A DNA stretch of 60,451 bases, filler included. It is 7 parts of 7 records of this genome, joined end to end, with 100 filler letters (N's around TTAATTAATTAA, not from the genome) between each part and the next. Parts side by side here need not be neighbours in the genome. Positions count along the whole stretch, not along the records: positions 53,141 to 60,451 come from SRR31156797_9502; 6 more parts are not named here. One strand, written 5' to 3'. This document shows, piece by piece, positions 59,533-60,451 of the stretch (the stretch's first letter is position 1; every line of letters begins with the position of its first letter). The notes beneath the pieces were generated by a model that was not told the origin of the DNA, did not search any database, and saw nothing but the letters and a program-made list of their open reading frames with translations. The position numbers and the translations under genes are program-made.

Positions 59533-60451
59533 TTAAAATAATTTCTTAAAACCAATTACATCCTTAACTTCCTGCAAGGTTTGAACAGCCGATTCACGCG
59601 CCTTTTCAGCACCCATCCGGGCTACTTTGGCCAGATAATCGTCATCTTTAAGTATTTCGATAATACGTTCGCGAATTGGTGCGGTGTAAGCAATAATATC
59701 CTCGGCCAGTTGCTTTTTCAAATCACCATAACGAATCTCGCATTTATTGTATAACTCGTCGAAATGAGCTACAGTATCGGGTGTTGAAACAATATCCAGC
59801 AGGGTAAACAAATTCAGGATCGCTTCTGGTTTTTCCGAATTCATTTCGGTTGGTCCCGAATCAGTAACCGCACGCATTACCTTTTTTCGGATTGATTTCG
59901 AATCTTCGTATAAATTGATGGCATTACCTTCCGATTTCCCCATTTTCCCTGAACCATCCAATCCCGGAACTTTAATCAAATCTGCTCCATCAAAAGTAAA
60001 CGGACGAGGAATTGGGAATACTTCCGATTTGTACATGCGGTTAAAGCGTTTGGCAAATTTACGTGCCATCTCAAGGTTTTGCTCCTGGTCTTTTCCAACC
60101 GGCACAAAATGTGCTTTATGAATAATAATATCGGCAGCCATCAGCACCGGATAGGTTAATAATCCGGCATTCACATTTTCGGGTTGCTTACGTGCTTTAT
60201 CTTTAAACGAGGTTGTACGCTCCAACTCCCCTAAATAAGCATTCATATTCAGGAAAGCGTAAAGCTCGGAAATCTCAGGTACATCACTTTGAATAAAAAT
60301 GGTAGACTTTTCAGGATCAATTCCGCAAGCCAGGTATTCGGCTAAAACCTGTCGTACACCCGATTGCAAGTTCTCGGGTGTTGGGTGTGTAGTTAATGAG
60401 TGAATGTCAGCAATAAAAAAGTAGCAGTTAAAATCGTCCTGCATTTTTAAA
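59533..60451 (-). CDS. trpS: Tryptophan--tRNA ligase (5'-truncated)
   Basis: IADIHSLT, YPVLMAADI, VPVGKDQ, KMGKS, YGDLKK. Confidence 0.97.
   Translation of the reverse strand, partial: LKMQDDFNCYFFIADIHSLTTHPTPENLQSGVRQVLAEYLACGIDPEKSTIFIQSDVPEISELYAFLNMNAYLGELERTTSFKDKARKQPENVNAGLLTYPVLMAADIIIHKAHFVPVGKDQEQNLEMARKFAKRFNRMYKSEVFPIPRPFTFDGADLIKVPGLDGSGKMGKSEGNAINLYEDSKSIRKKVMRAVTDSGPTEMNSEKPEAILNLFTLLDIVSTPDTVAHFDELYNKCEIRYGDLKKQLAEDIIAYTAPIRERIIEILKDDDYLAKVARMGAEKARESAVQTLQEVKDVIGFKKLF

Noticed and set aside
1..60451. CRISPR array, prophage or defence island
   Set aside because: No repeat-spacer array or cas, phage or defence genes seen; the tandem repeats found are in-frame coding repeats.

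Overview
This window is not one locus. It is seven unrelated contigs joined by artificial 100-nt spacers (44 N + TTAATTAATTAA + 44 N), so adjacency across spacers is meaningless. Taxonomic labels are inferred from gene content and protein style, not from searches. (1) 1-6553, Campylobacterota (Arcobacter-like): rny, 5-formyl-THF cyclo-ligase, TlpA, ftsY, then a stand-alone dCache protein, response regulator and histidine kinase directly upstream of a TsdA-type cytochrome. (2) 6654-19791, Bacteroidota (Marinifilaceae-like): tRNA-Leu, a candidate sRNA, a PorP/SprF-OmpA fusion with its T9SS type-B cargo, dCMP deaminase, S41 peptidase, Spy/CpxP-like protein, hemN, buk and a hydrolase. (3) 19892-27313, probably Fusobacteriota: adhE 3' end, zinc-ribbon protein, glmU-prs, galT-like, Sua5-like, a hypothetical and a radical SAM gene. 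(4) 27414-40332, Bacteroidota (Prolixibacteraceae-like): ECF sigma/FecR/SusC/SusD/esterase PUL, saccharopine dehydrogenase-like gene and S9 peptidase. (5) 40433-45844, Clostridia-like: SdrD-B repeat protein, ABC-ATPase relic, DUF6034-like lipoprotein and transposase relic. (6) 45945-53040, Clostridia-like: pstS with a Pho box, gltX, efp, Xaa-Pro peptidase, endonuclease IV-like, yqeG, radC and an Ig-repeat protein. (7) 53141-60451, Bacteroidota: DMT, TPR protein, lipA, lipB, archaeal-type ThyA, PhnA-domain protein and trpS. Most genes are housekeeping, and I saw no CRISPR array, prophage or intact mobile element. The best leads are a possible three-component sulfur-oxyanion sensing system at tsdA, two unannotated Bacteroidota sRNA candidates, a Sua5 lacking its conserved linker, an archaeal-type ThyA, and an SdrD-repeat protein with a tailless NPETG motif.
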